In this document: piece after piece, positions 51,073-61,885 of the stretch | Layout: each line of letters opens with the position of its first letter | How positions within the stretch are numbered: the stretch's first letter is position 1 | Origin: Octopus bimaculoides | Taxonomy: Eukaryota | DNA length: 64,000 bases | Assembly: GCF_001194135.2 (NCBI RefSeq) | Contig: NC_068997.1 | Location: 47,755,516 to 47,819,515, forward strand | Direction: 5' to 3' | Made by a program: the position numbers and the translations under genes | The notes under the pieces: model-generated | What the model was told of the DNA's origin: nothing | Seen by the model: only the letters and a program-made list of their open reading frames with translations | The model's database searches: none

Positions 51073-52048
51073 ATGAATTAAGCACCATGGCTCTAAAACA
51101 ACATCTAGACAGATCTGTGCACTATTAACATATATAAAGTGGATCTGCTTTCAGTTTTGATGAGTATTTCAGTTGCTCACTCAGCTGAGCTGCAAACATG
51201 TAACTGGCTCAGTGTTCCACACACACGCACATATGTACTCTTACTGCAATCTTTTGGAAGAATCAACATGACATGATAATGAGACAAGGCTGGTCCCTTT
51301 GAATTTCAAAGGGATTACAATCATACTTTGAATCTGGACTACAGCTAACAAGAGTTTCCTAACCAAAGTAATTTATTTTGCCATTTCTGAAGCTGGTAAA
51401 TAAGATGGTTTAGAAGCGTTCTTTCAAATGAACTACAGTTGCCTCAGAATATCATATAGAAAAAGACAAGATAATTAACTGTACAGGAATTGTTTTATAA
51501 ATATCAGCTTCATATTTTGTTACAAAACCAGCGATTTAGAGAGAGCACATAAGTTGATTGCATCAACCCCAGTGCTCAACTTGTACTCATTTTATTGAAC
51601 TGAAGAGGAGAAAAAGTAAAGCTGACCCTAGTAGCATCTGAGCTCAGAACAAGGTCAGAAGAAATGCTACACATTTTGTTCAGTGTGGTAACATTTCTGT
51701 TGGCTTGCCACTTAAGTGTTTCATGAATATCAAAAATTATGTAAACCAACATAAGAATAAATCACTGAACATATAATACATTCCTATTTTGTGTCAGCCA
51801 TTTGACTATGGCTATGTTGGTGCACTACTTTTTGTCAAACAATTCGACCCTGGACTAAAGACTTTCAGTTGATTTACCAAATCCATTCACAACAGCTTGA
51901 GTGGCCCAAAGCTTGCCTAAGGTGCCACACAGTGGGACTGAACCTGTGGTAGCAGGCCAAATTAATCCCTGCCTAGATTAAACATGGCTATAGCTTAGCC
52001 CGGACCAGAGTATACCCCAGGGGATATGCTCCCCTAGGCTAAACTGCA

Positions 52049-52212
52049 CTGAAGGCCTGTCATGACAACCCGATTTCTGGTGGCCATTTTGGAAGGGATA
52101 AAATATTTACTAAAATCTGTGACAAACCTGGAAGGGAATGAAGAATGCCATTCACCAACATGTCAAAAGCTGTCAAAAACGTTTTGTCATAAATCCCAAA
52201 GTCAGCAAGGAG
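52049..52212 (+). mobile_element. Integrase zinc-binding (HHCC) fragment, Gypsy/Ginger type
   Basis: LKACHDNPISGGHFGRDK..(shift)..WKGMKNAIHQHVKSCQK.FVINPKVSKE. Confidence 0.75.
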
Positions 52213-53174
52213 GTCAGGGTTGACATGTTCGTTCCCCTTCAGGAAACATCAAACAGCAACAAATATATAGTAACTGCATTCAATGTAGTCCAGATTCAAA
52301 TGTGATAATGTGTTTAAAGATAGAAATCAAAGTAAAATCATTATCGACACTGGAAATAGTGTTTTATGAATATCAAAATTAAAGCAACACTGGAATGCAT
52401 TTTATGTCAATATGAAAGCCACAAAATGCCTTCTGAAATATAACTTTAGAGACACTGCCAGCAGAAATAATTTTTTTGGCATTTCTAAAGCTGCTAGAAG
52501 ATGATTAAGTAATGGCATTTGATGCAATTGACATTTGAAAGTGCATGCACATTGAGAAAAAGACAAATTGTGATAACTGTACAGGAAATACAATAAGTGC
52601 TTTACTAATATCAAAAATTATAAACCAACACTGGAATGTATTACTTATCCAGTAGTTTATATAAATAAAGCTTGTAAAAACTATTAGATACAATAACAAT
52701 TTGAATAATGTACACATTGAAACAAATAAGAAAACTTGGGTCAAGGAGTCTTCAATATTTTCTGACTGAAGTAATTTCTTCATTTTTGAAGCTAATGACA
52801 CATAGGTGCTAAATCATTGTGTTTCTATCAATGTTTGAATGAGCAATGTATTTAGAACAAAATTGAAAGGAAGAATAAACCATACAGTAAATGTGTTTCA
52901 CACATATTGGTTACTAATTTTGGCACAAGGCCAGCAATTTCTAGAGATGGGAGTGGTTGATGACATTGACCCTCAAGGTTCAACTGGTACCTATTTTATC
53001 AACCCTGAAAGGACAAAAAACAAAGATGACCCTGATAGAATTTGAACTCAGAACTTAAAGTTGGAAGTGCTGTGCATTTTGTCTGTTGCAGTAGCAATTC
53101 TGTCAGCTTGCCACCTTAATGCATTCTGTGTTGATTTGTATAATTTTTACTATTTGTAAAACATTGTGTCCAAT

Positions 53175-53332
53175 ACAACTAAATCCTGGGAGAGGCATTA
53201 TGCCGGTAATAAACACACGCACTGGTTCAGTCCTTTATTACCGGCATAATGCCTCTCTCAAGGTTTAATTGTATTTCTTTCAACACACGTATCCACATCA
53301 AGAATCTTGCACATGAAATACACATACGAAAT
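53175..53332 (+). mobile_element. Internally deleted copy of the 50798-51072 foldback element
   Basis: Same 5' and 3' ends; 12-bp TSD attgtgtccaat at 53163-53174 and 53333-53344; the spacer and HHR are missing. Confidence 0.85.
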
Positions 53333-53510
53333 ATTGTGTCCAATGTATTTATACACATGCTGTTGGCAGTTTCATCTCCCTTTCTTTCCAATGTAGAGCT
53401 ATGCTTGAAAAATCTTTCTACTGAGAGCCAAGCTAATACATTTCTTGTGCATGTCTTCTCTGTTCATTTTATTCATTTATTTGAATTGACTATATATATA
53501 TATATATATA

Positions 53511-53906
53511 ACCCATAATGGGGTCTATAAATGTACTGTAGCTACCCCAACTAATAATTACATTTATGTTGGTTGCACAATCAACCTTAAACAACGATTA
53601 TATAATTATTTTTCTTCATTTAGACTTAAACATAAAGCCAATAGCACATCATTATCTAATAAAATTTGGGAATTGAAGGAAAATGGTATCGATTTTAATC
53701 TTAAATGGGAAATCGTCAGGAGAGCACAACCTTATAGAAATAGTAGATATGGCTGTGGACTGTGCTCTATGGAAATTTATGAAATTTTTAAACTTAAGGA
53801 TAATCCCAATCTAATTAACAATAGATATGATCTTAGGGTTCTATGTGTGCATTGTTACTCCCGCACCTTTAAATATTTTAAAAAAGTAAACATTTTAAAA
53901 AGTTAA
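53511..53906 (+). mobile_element. Uninterrupted GIY-YIG endonuclease domain of a 5'-truncated Penelope-like element
   Basis: About 131 stop-free codons: GVYKCTV..YIYVGCT.NLKQRLYNY..SLSNKIWELK..LKWEIV..CGLCSMEIYEI..LINNR..CVH. Starts directly after a (TA)n tract; no RT and no start codon. Confidence 0.85.
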
Positions 53907-54888
53907 TCTTGCTAATAATTTTTTACTTTAATTTCTCTCATTTCCCTGACTAATAACTACTTTGAGTTATAACTTTTAAATATAAAAGTTAGAATACATT
54001 TTAACCTTTCCCAACCCACTGATAATATTCCTACATTTTCTCTAGGTAATTCTGAGTCTCTTCTACCATATTACTTTTTCGAAAACCTTAGCTTTAATTC
54101 TCTTAATTTAGTCCCGTTTTTCTAACTTTATTCCTCTCCTTTTTTTCCTCCTCCTTCTTCCCCCCTTTCTTTTTGTTCAGATTTTGGCCATTAATATTAT
54201 GGTTTTACTCATAAATAATATCTCTTCTACTACCCCACATTAATGTATATCTTATTTCAACTATAAATGTTTATCTTGTTCTAATTTAATTATTAATGTT
54301 CCCTATGGTTTTAAACTTAGTACTTTAGTGTTTCCTTGTATTATTCTAAATATACTGTAGAATAGATATATTTCTTTAATACCTTGACCTTAATTCCCTT
54401 ACCTTAAATTTTCTCTAACCACTCCTTAGGGTATTGTCTTTCCATTTTTTTTTTTATCCTCATGCTTGATTTACCCCTAACCTGCTGTCCATCACTACTT
54501 AATCTACCTTCCTCTAAATTTGAAATTACTACTACCCCTCCAATTAGATTATATAGAATTTAAATTCTTGTTTGATTCACTAGACTGTTGAACAGCAGCA
54601 TAGTCAAGATGGTATGTTTTCTTCTCTTACTCTTTTTTGCACACATCTACAAAATGACTTTCTAAAATGCAGCTAAGGAGTACATTTTCATTGTACATTT
54701 TATGTAGTGTTCTCACTAAATGAATAAATGGAGCTTGTACGAAACATACGTACTGCTATGACCTATTGAATTTTTGTTGCTATTCTTCAAATTTTAATCA
54801 CCAAATCTCTCGATTTTGATTTGGGTTTTTACCCTACCAAATTCTGGTGCCTCAAACATTTTAAGTACCACATTTAATCTTGATTAAA

Positions 54889-54935
<47 letters not shown>

Positions 54936-55161
54936 CGTGTGTGTATATATATTTTCTGAAAAACATATCAATTTAAAAAAAATATATATTTAAAATTTCT
55001 ACAAATGAAAAATATGAATTTTCCAAATTATAGGAGGGATTACTTTTACAGACTCAAAGGACAGTATACATTTTAATATTCTCAATATATTTAAATATTT
55101 TAATTAATATCTTATATATATATATATCATTCGTTTTTAACACATATATAAAAACTCCATT

Positions 55162-55251
55162 CATCTCTGAAGAGCGGAATTATTGCCAGTATGCTTATCT
55201 ATATTGATTACATTGTGGAGGCAACAATGTCCGTGAAACGATCGTCAGATG
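55162..55251 (+). ncRNA. Type I hammerhead ribozyme motif with extended stem II and palindromic stem III
   Basis: catct-CTGAAGA-gcgga-attattgcc..ggcaacaat-g-tccgt-GAAA-cgatcg-TC-agatg: perfect 5-bp stem I, GUC site, all core bases intact. Confidence 0.88.
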
Positions 55252-55639
55252 CTTTTTAATTTTTAGACTTTCATAATATTTATACTCAATTACGCATACA
55301 TTTTTATATACATTTATATATGCATTTACTTTTATGCACATTTATATATATTTATATTTTGTACATCTTAAATTTTGATTTAATTATAATTCAAAATAAT
55401 TGTGTCACATTAAACATAAATCTTTCGGAAATTTGGATATTGATTTCCTGTGAATATTATTAATAATTTTCTAAATTTATTCATGATATAATAACATATA
55501 TATCTATTTGCTCAAAGTAATAGAGCACTTAATATAAGCTCAATAAAATATTCCTTTTGAATATTCTTTATAAAATTTTTTTATATATATATATATATAT
55601 ATATATTTGACATGGAACAAAAATGTCCATAATTCAAGC

Positions 55640-56230
55640 CATGTGTGACAAATCTGTCACAGAGCACCAGCTCGACATACACCAAGACTAGATCCCTAGA
55701 GAGGAAAATTTCCATGAGATGACAAAGACTGCAAACTACCTGAAGGAACCTCAAAAGTAATGAAAAATTGTGTCTGAAGAGAGCACTATTAGATATTGAG
55801 AAAAGTCTACATCAATAGAGAGATAAGGAAAGAGAAGAGAAAGAAGATAAGGAAACCTGGGTTATAGAAAATATTAAGTCAAGCCCTAAAGCTTTAACTT
55901 TGCCAAAGAAACAACTTCAGTGCACTACAAGATAAAGCCCCCTCTTCCAAAAAGATGGCTCTGTCACAGGAGATCCAATGAGGATAAGTGAAATACTGAA
56001 TGAGCAGTTCCAATGTGTGTTCACTCCTCTGGGAGAGGCAAGTCAAGAAACCAGTACAATTTTTTGCCACTTAACCCATGACCAAAGAGGCAAAAATAAA
56101 TTTCATTGACATTAAAGATAACACTTGCCATAGATAAGGTGGACAAAAATTCAGCTCCTGGCCCTGATGGATTCCCAGCAATCCTTCTCAAATTGTCCAA
56201 ATGAGTCCTTTCAAAGTCATTAAAATCATT
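55640..56230 (+). mobile_element. CR1/Jockey-group LINE ORF2 fragment (EN-RT linker)
   Basis: IENIKSSPKA..ISEILNEQFQCVFTP..DKNSAPGPDGFPAILLK, with frameshifts. Confidence 0.8.
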
Positions 56231-56329
56231 CTTACTGTAAGAATGCTCAAAAATAATAAACCCTCAGGCATCAGTCTGATGACAGACATCGAATGAAGTT
56301 GTCCTGCTTCTTCCTGTTTGTAGATTTTT

Positions 56330-56410
56330 GTGATGGCTGAAATGGAGGAACAGCAGGCTTCTGTGAAATTCAGTTTTCTGCTGGGGAAAATGGCAGCTGA
56401 AACAGTTATT
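56330..56410 (+). mobile_element. Mariner transposase N-terminal remnant
   Basis: MAEMEEQQASVKFSFLLGKMAAETV resembles the EQR..IKFCF.LGKSA.ET start of mariner transposases. Confidence 0.6.
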
Positions 56411-56720
56411 ACTCAGCACAGTCTGGGGAGTGGTTTCTGTTCAAAAGGGCATCCAGTTGTGAAAAACCATGCCAAAACAGGCACAAAAGCATGGTGCATG
56501 CTCCTGCCTGGCCAGCTGTCAAGCCATCCAACCCATGTCAGCATGGAAGGACATTAGACGATGATGATCATGGAAGGACATTAGACGATGATGATCATGA
56601 AAGACGAAAGACACCCAGACAACCACATATCGTCTTTCTTTCATATTTTTGTCACTCTTACATTTTCTTTACTCTCTCTTCACTCCTCTCTTTAATATAT
56701 TTCACATGTCTTCTCTTCAG

Positions 56721-56867
56721 GTTAACCAAACAAATTCAGGTGGTAAAACTCTCCTGATGGCCGCTTGTTATCAAGGAAACAGATTCAATAAACTTGACAA
56801 AAACTGGAGCTGATTTAGACATAACTAACAAAGATGGTGAAACAGCTTTACATTATACTGTGCCTAG
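56721..56867 (+). pseudogene. Frameshifted ankyrin-repeat exon (Mind-bomb-like)
   Basis: Acceptor ttctcttcag and donor gtaagt. VNQTNSGGKTLLMAACYQGN is in one frame and GADLDITNKDGETALHYTV in another; repeat spacing is 94 nt rather than 99. Confidence 0.7.
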
Positions 56868-57153
56868 GTAAGTCCAGAATTAACTAAAATCTGCACCCCC
56901 CGCTTTTGTTTCTAAATTTCTTGCAATTCCAGACAAATTAAATATCCAAAGCTGCCATAGTAGTGGCAGTGTCAAATAATAACATAGTAGTAACCAAATA
57001 ACATCTTTTTCTCATTTTTCCATGAATCCACTTCATTGAATCTTCAAAAAAATTGATTATTTGTTGTCAAAGCAGATTCTTGTTTTGGAGATATTCTTTG
57101 AGAGCCAACAGTTCTTAAGATTGACCCAGTGTGATTTAGTGTCCTCTCTTGCC

Positions 57154-57509
57154 GTTTACGGCAGTGCTTGGAAGGAACATGTGTAATATGTGATCGTCAT
57201 ATTGACCATGGCACAGAGTTGTCAGGGTAATACCTGCTCAGAAGCCTACAAACTTCTGTCTGCACCTGATTATATACGTATGAGGTCTGATCAATAGGTG
57301 TCCAGCCTGTTGCTATAGTAATGAAGCTAGAGTATCCAGAGTGAAGCTGTTGGGCAAAAATTGACTGATCTCTGCTCTGCAGAGTTTCAACATTCTGGCT
57401 CACTTCTGCTGTTTACGGCAGTGCTTGGAAGGAACATGTGTAATATGTGATCGTCATATTGACCATGGCACAGAGTTGTCAGGGTAATACCTGCTCAGAA
57501 GCCTACAAA
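57154..57509 (+). repeat. 99-bp identical direct repeats (period 257 bp) around a mariner-TIR-like segment; diverged third unit at 59131-59400
   Basis: 57154-57252 is identical to 57411-57509; the shared flank aacttctgtytgcacctgattatatacg also occurs at 59131. Confidence 0.9.
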
Positions 57510-59659
57510 GTTGCGGAAAGTGTATGGAGAGGAGTGTATGTACTGCTTTGAATAGTGGAAAATGCACCTGCACTGGTGCATTACTTCAAAAGTAGAATAC
57601 TTTGAAGGCTATAAAAGTATATCTAAATCTAAGTGAAGAAAATATTACAAAATTCTAGTTTCTTTTAGGTACCCATGTGTATGTATAACCCACAGAAAGC
57701 CTTGTGAATTACAGTTAGACAGGTTTCCTTAACTGAAACAATCTCGCTATTTTTGAAGGTAGTAAAAGATGTTTAAGGAATCGATCTCTATCTCTTTCTA
57801 AATGCACTTAATTATTCAGACAATTGCATCAAATGTAAAGGAAGATAATTAACTGCACAGGAAGTATAATCGGTGTTTCACAATTACCAAAAATAATACA
57901 AACCAACATTATCGAACATCCATCTTCCATACTAGCATGGTTCAGATGATTTTACCTGATCTAATGAGTTGGAGGATTGTGACATGGTTCAGCATCTGCT
58001 TTGGCATGATGATTTCTATGGCTGAGTTTTCCTTCTAACATCAGCCATTTCAAAGAGTGTATTAGGTGCATTGTTCATGGTACTTATGAGGTCACCGTGT
58101 AACTCACAAGACTGAAGAGGAAGGTGGTCTTACGCAGGGTGTTAAGACATTAAAGTATAAATGAACAGGCAGGGACAGATTTCCTGTTGTAGAATAGAGA
58201 TACATTGCAACCTTGCATTACATAAAAAGGTGGGTAGAAGTTATCAGGGTGAAACTAAGGTGTCAGAATGTGCCCTCAAGGAACAAGGTGAATAGAGTAA
58301 GAGAGGACTGATACAGGTAGGTAGAAGCTGCTTGAGTATGGGAAGAATGAAGTATGGCAAGTGGTGGGGGGGATGGAAGGTGAAAGCAGTGAGGTGACCG
58401 AGGAAGGAGTAGGGATAAGAATGAAAGAGGAATGTCAAAGGGAGTAGTTCCGGGTAGTAGGAGAGACGACTGATAACACAAAAGAATGAAGTATATACAG
58501 GAGAAGACATTCAATCCTTATGTTAACAGGGCAATTCAAATTGCCTTTAGTAACTTAATAAAATTATTTTGTTACAATATTTTTTCTTTCATATATTTTT
58601 AATGCTTTCCTTGCTGTAGAGAGTTTTTTTTTTTTCATGCATGTATTGTATATGTGAAAAAAAATATTTAGGGAGAAATGTCCAGTAAAATCATCATCGT
58701 CTTAANNNNNNNNNNNNNNNNNNNNNNNNNNNNNNNNNNNNNNNNNNNNNNNNNNNNNNAACTCCAATGTGATGTTTGAAATTTAAAGTAGAAACCTAAC
58801 AGGCTTGTAAGGAGAGTGACCATGCAAATGTGCATAAACAAAAAGCTACATATAGAAAGAAAGCTTGAAAGTAATCAGCCACCCATCTTACATGCTATAG
58901 ATTTCTTTAAAAAAAAAAAAGAGCAAATTCATTTGACTGGCAGTTTTCTCAATAGCTATACTGAAGTGTGGAATGAATGCAATAGCAACAGATACTATTT
59001 CTTCCTATTTATGAATTTATGCACCCATTAACACACTGGCTTCCTTACAGTTTCCATCTACCAACTTCACTTGAGATATTAATATGTGGCTATGATACAG
59101 TAAGATCATACATTAAGATCATGTGAAGCTAACTTCTGTTTGCACCTGATTATATACGTATGAAGTCTGATCGATAAGCATCCGGACTGTTGCTATAGTA
59201 ATGAAACTAGAGTATCCAGAGTGAAGCTGTTGGGCAAAAATTGACTGATCTCTTCTCTATATGTGTACTAAGTTTCAACATTCTGGCTCACTTGCATTGT
59301 TTACAGCAGTGCTTGGAAGGAACATGTGTAATATGTGATCGTCATATTGACCATGGCACAGAGTTGTCAGGGCAATACCTGCACAGAGGCCTACACAAAG
59401 TTGCTTATATGCAATGATATTATAGACTCAAACAACATCTGAGAGCATCATCTGGTTGAAGCAGTTGTTTTTGTGTTAAATCCTTTGAGAGTCTGATTGA
59501 AGTTGTGTTATTTTGTATTTGTTGAAGGTCTCCACACATGAGTGCACTTGTGAATTGTTGAATTACTGTTGCTATTTTCTGAATACAGATCTGTTAATTT
59601 GTGGTTGTTTTCTTCCCCATTTATGGGTGAAGTGGAGAAGAGAGGAACAAAATCAATAC

Positions 59660-60630
59660 CACCAAAGGACGGAAGTTATGCTGCAGCCACTGGCAAAAGT
59701 ATAGACACCGATGCTTTGGAGGTTTGAGAAGTGAAGGTGGAACCAAAAATGTGGAAGGAGAGTAAAAAGTTAATCGAAAGAGAAGGAACCGGTTTGAGGT
59801 TAACCCCACCGGAAGAGCTAAAGAATAGTGTTGTTGAGAGAACAGTGGTGTATGGAATGCCATCAGTGTCATCCAAAAGGATACAAAATGCTGCCATTGA
59901 AGCAATAGAAGAATGTTTAAAAGAAATTTAAAATTCTACAACTTTTTACATGAGGTAGAGAGTATGGCACAGTGGAGGTGAAGTTTGTGAATGAAGATGC
60001 GATAAATCACTCCACTGTGGCCAAAAGGACACAAGAGATGCTTCTGCCAACTTACTGATAGCAGCAGTAAGGCATAATATGGAAGAAGAAGCAAAGATAC
60101 TAAAGGTTACAGGAACCAATAAGATGAACTGTGGGGTTATGGCCTTGAAATGGCTATACAAGTGAGTCCAAGGGACTTACATAATATTGCAGAAGAGATA
60201 ATATTTCCAGATGACATTAGACTGAGTGTGGTGGTGGAGGGTAGACCTCCAGCATGCTACCAATGTAGGGAGAAGGGGCACATGAAGGCAAGGTGCCCCC
60301 AGAAGGAAAATAAAGACGAGGAGCAGCAGAAACATCAGACTGTTGAACAAGTCTGAAATGGTGGTATGATAGGGTAAGGAAGCAGAAGCTTTTACTGTAG
60401 TAAACAGAAGAGGAAGGAATGCGTGAACTGCTGCCGGAGAGTCAGAAAAGGAAAAAGGAGGTGGAGATGGACATGAAAGAGTTCCGGCGGAACATAAAAC
60501 TGAGAAAGTAATTTGCTGCAATGGACAACCATGTTTAAAGGAGGCCACTTGTTGGGAATGCCCAAATTCACTGGTATTAGGAAGTGGCAAAGTGGGAGTG
60601 GTGTAAATTCCCACTGTAATGGCAAACATT
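59660..60630 (+). mobile_element. Decayed L1/Tx1-type LINE ORF1 with zinc knuckle
   Basis: SYAAATG near the start; VVVEGRPPACYQCREKGHMKARCP (CX2CX4HX4C); multiple stops. Confidence 0.65.
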
Positions 60631-61554
60631 TAAATTTTATTGATAGCAGGTTACATTGAGATGAATATATTCACCCATCATAACTATAGTTAAAATTAAA
60701 GTGATGACAAAATTGATACTTGTTATGCCAAGCCAGTTGATGAATCGGATATGAAGAGAACAAACCACTAAATATTCCAAATACAAAACTGGTTTCCATC
60801 CAAATTCCTGTAGATGGGGAAGAGGTGGAGGTGAAAGAAAATAGTACTTGTGTCACAATTGTTAACCTTTATCAGGTTTTTATGTGTAGCCAAGCAGGAC
60901 ATTGTTGGTTTTATCAATAGATCTGCACCATGGTTGAGTGAATCAGAATATAGAATTAAATAGAACAAATCCCAATGAGATTACATGGTCATTTTGAAAA
61001 ATGAAGAAAAGCAACTTGGTGCTTATAATGGTGTACAAGTTCACACAGGTGGTGCTGAAAGTGTAAGCTTACAGAAAATCTTTGAAAGCTGTATTCTGTC
61101 AGTCATTTGAGTTGTTTTATTTTTCACTACATCAAGTAGGAAATTTTATCTATAGAATGAAATAAGAGACAACTGCAAATGTCTGGTTGCTTGGTAATGC
61201 TTTCACAAATATCAATACACTATAATAACTATTTTCTCATATGAAAGTGAACAGCTCATATGGTTAGATTTGAACCCACAGTCACAGTAAACTTGATACA
61301 GTAACTGTTCCACATGTGAAGACATGAGCAATGTAAGTACAAGGATGGATACATGGTTAAAAGCTTTGCTTCATGTGTGGGTTTAGTTCCATCTCACATT
61401 ACATTACCTTTTTCATTTGAAACATGCCATTTCTGCACCTTGATTGTGAATCAATTTGTCCGTGATTCTTCCTATTTAATTAGGATTCCCTTTTCTCATT
61501 TTTGTAGTAATCGTTGGCGATTTCCTTCCTCCGTTTTCTGTTGGACTTTCCTCC

Positions 61555-61590
61555 GTTTCCAAAGAAGAGCGTCTGCTCAAAACATTAAAC
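61555..61590 (+). ncRNA. Decayed short-stem-III hammerhead variant
   Basis: gttt-CCAAAGA-a-gagc-gtct-gctc-AAAA-ca-TT-aaac. Confidence 0.45.
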
Positions 61591-61849
61591 CAGCTTTCTT
61601 TCCTTTCCTGAGCATCTGCTAATACATTACATGTACCACGTCCTTGCTTAGTTTTTTTGTGTTTGTTCTTTTTCAGATTTACTGTGTGTGTGTATATTGC
61701 ACATCTCCTGCCCACGGATTACACTCGACCTATCTACTGATTTGAAATCGCCGCAATACATCACGGCAGCTGAAACTTTTGAACTTTTTCACTCATGTAA
61801 ACCTCCATTACATTTACATTTTTTTCTCTCCTTGTTTCCTTCTGTGTAC

Positions 61850-61885
61850 CTTTCAGTTGAAGAGCGTAGGCTCGAAACGTTAAAG
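61850..61885 (+). ncRNA. Short-stem-III hammerhead variant with a non-canonical core
   Basis: cttt-CAGTTGA-a-gagc-gtag-gctc-GAAA-cg-TT-aaag; stem III is reduced to the palindrome aacgtt. Confidence 0.55.

Noticed and set aside
58050-58520. Possible PLE RT-endonuclease linker (..LEGTF..) on the minus strand
   Set aside because: Only a few residues resemble the motif; too decayed to call.
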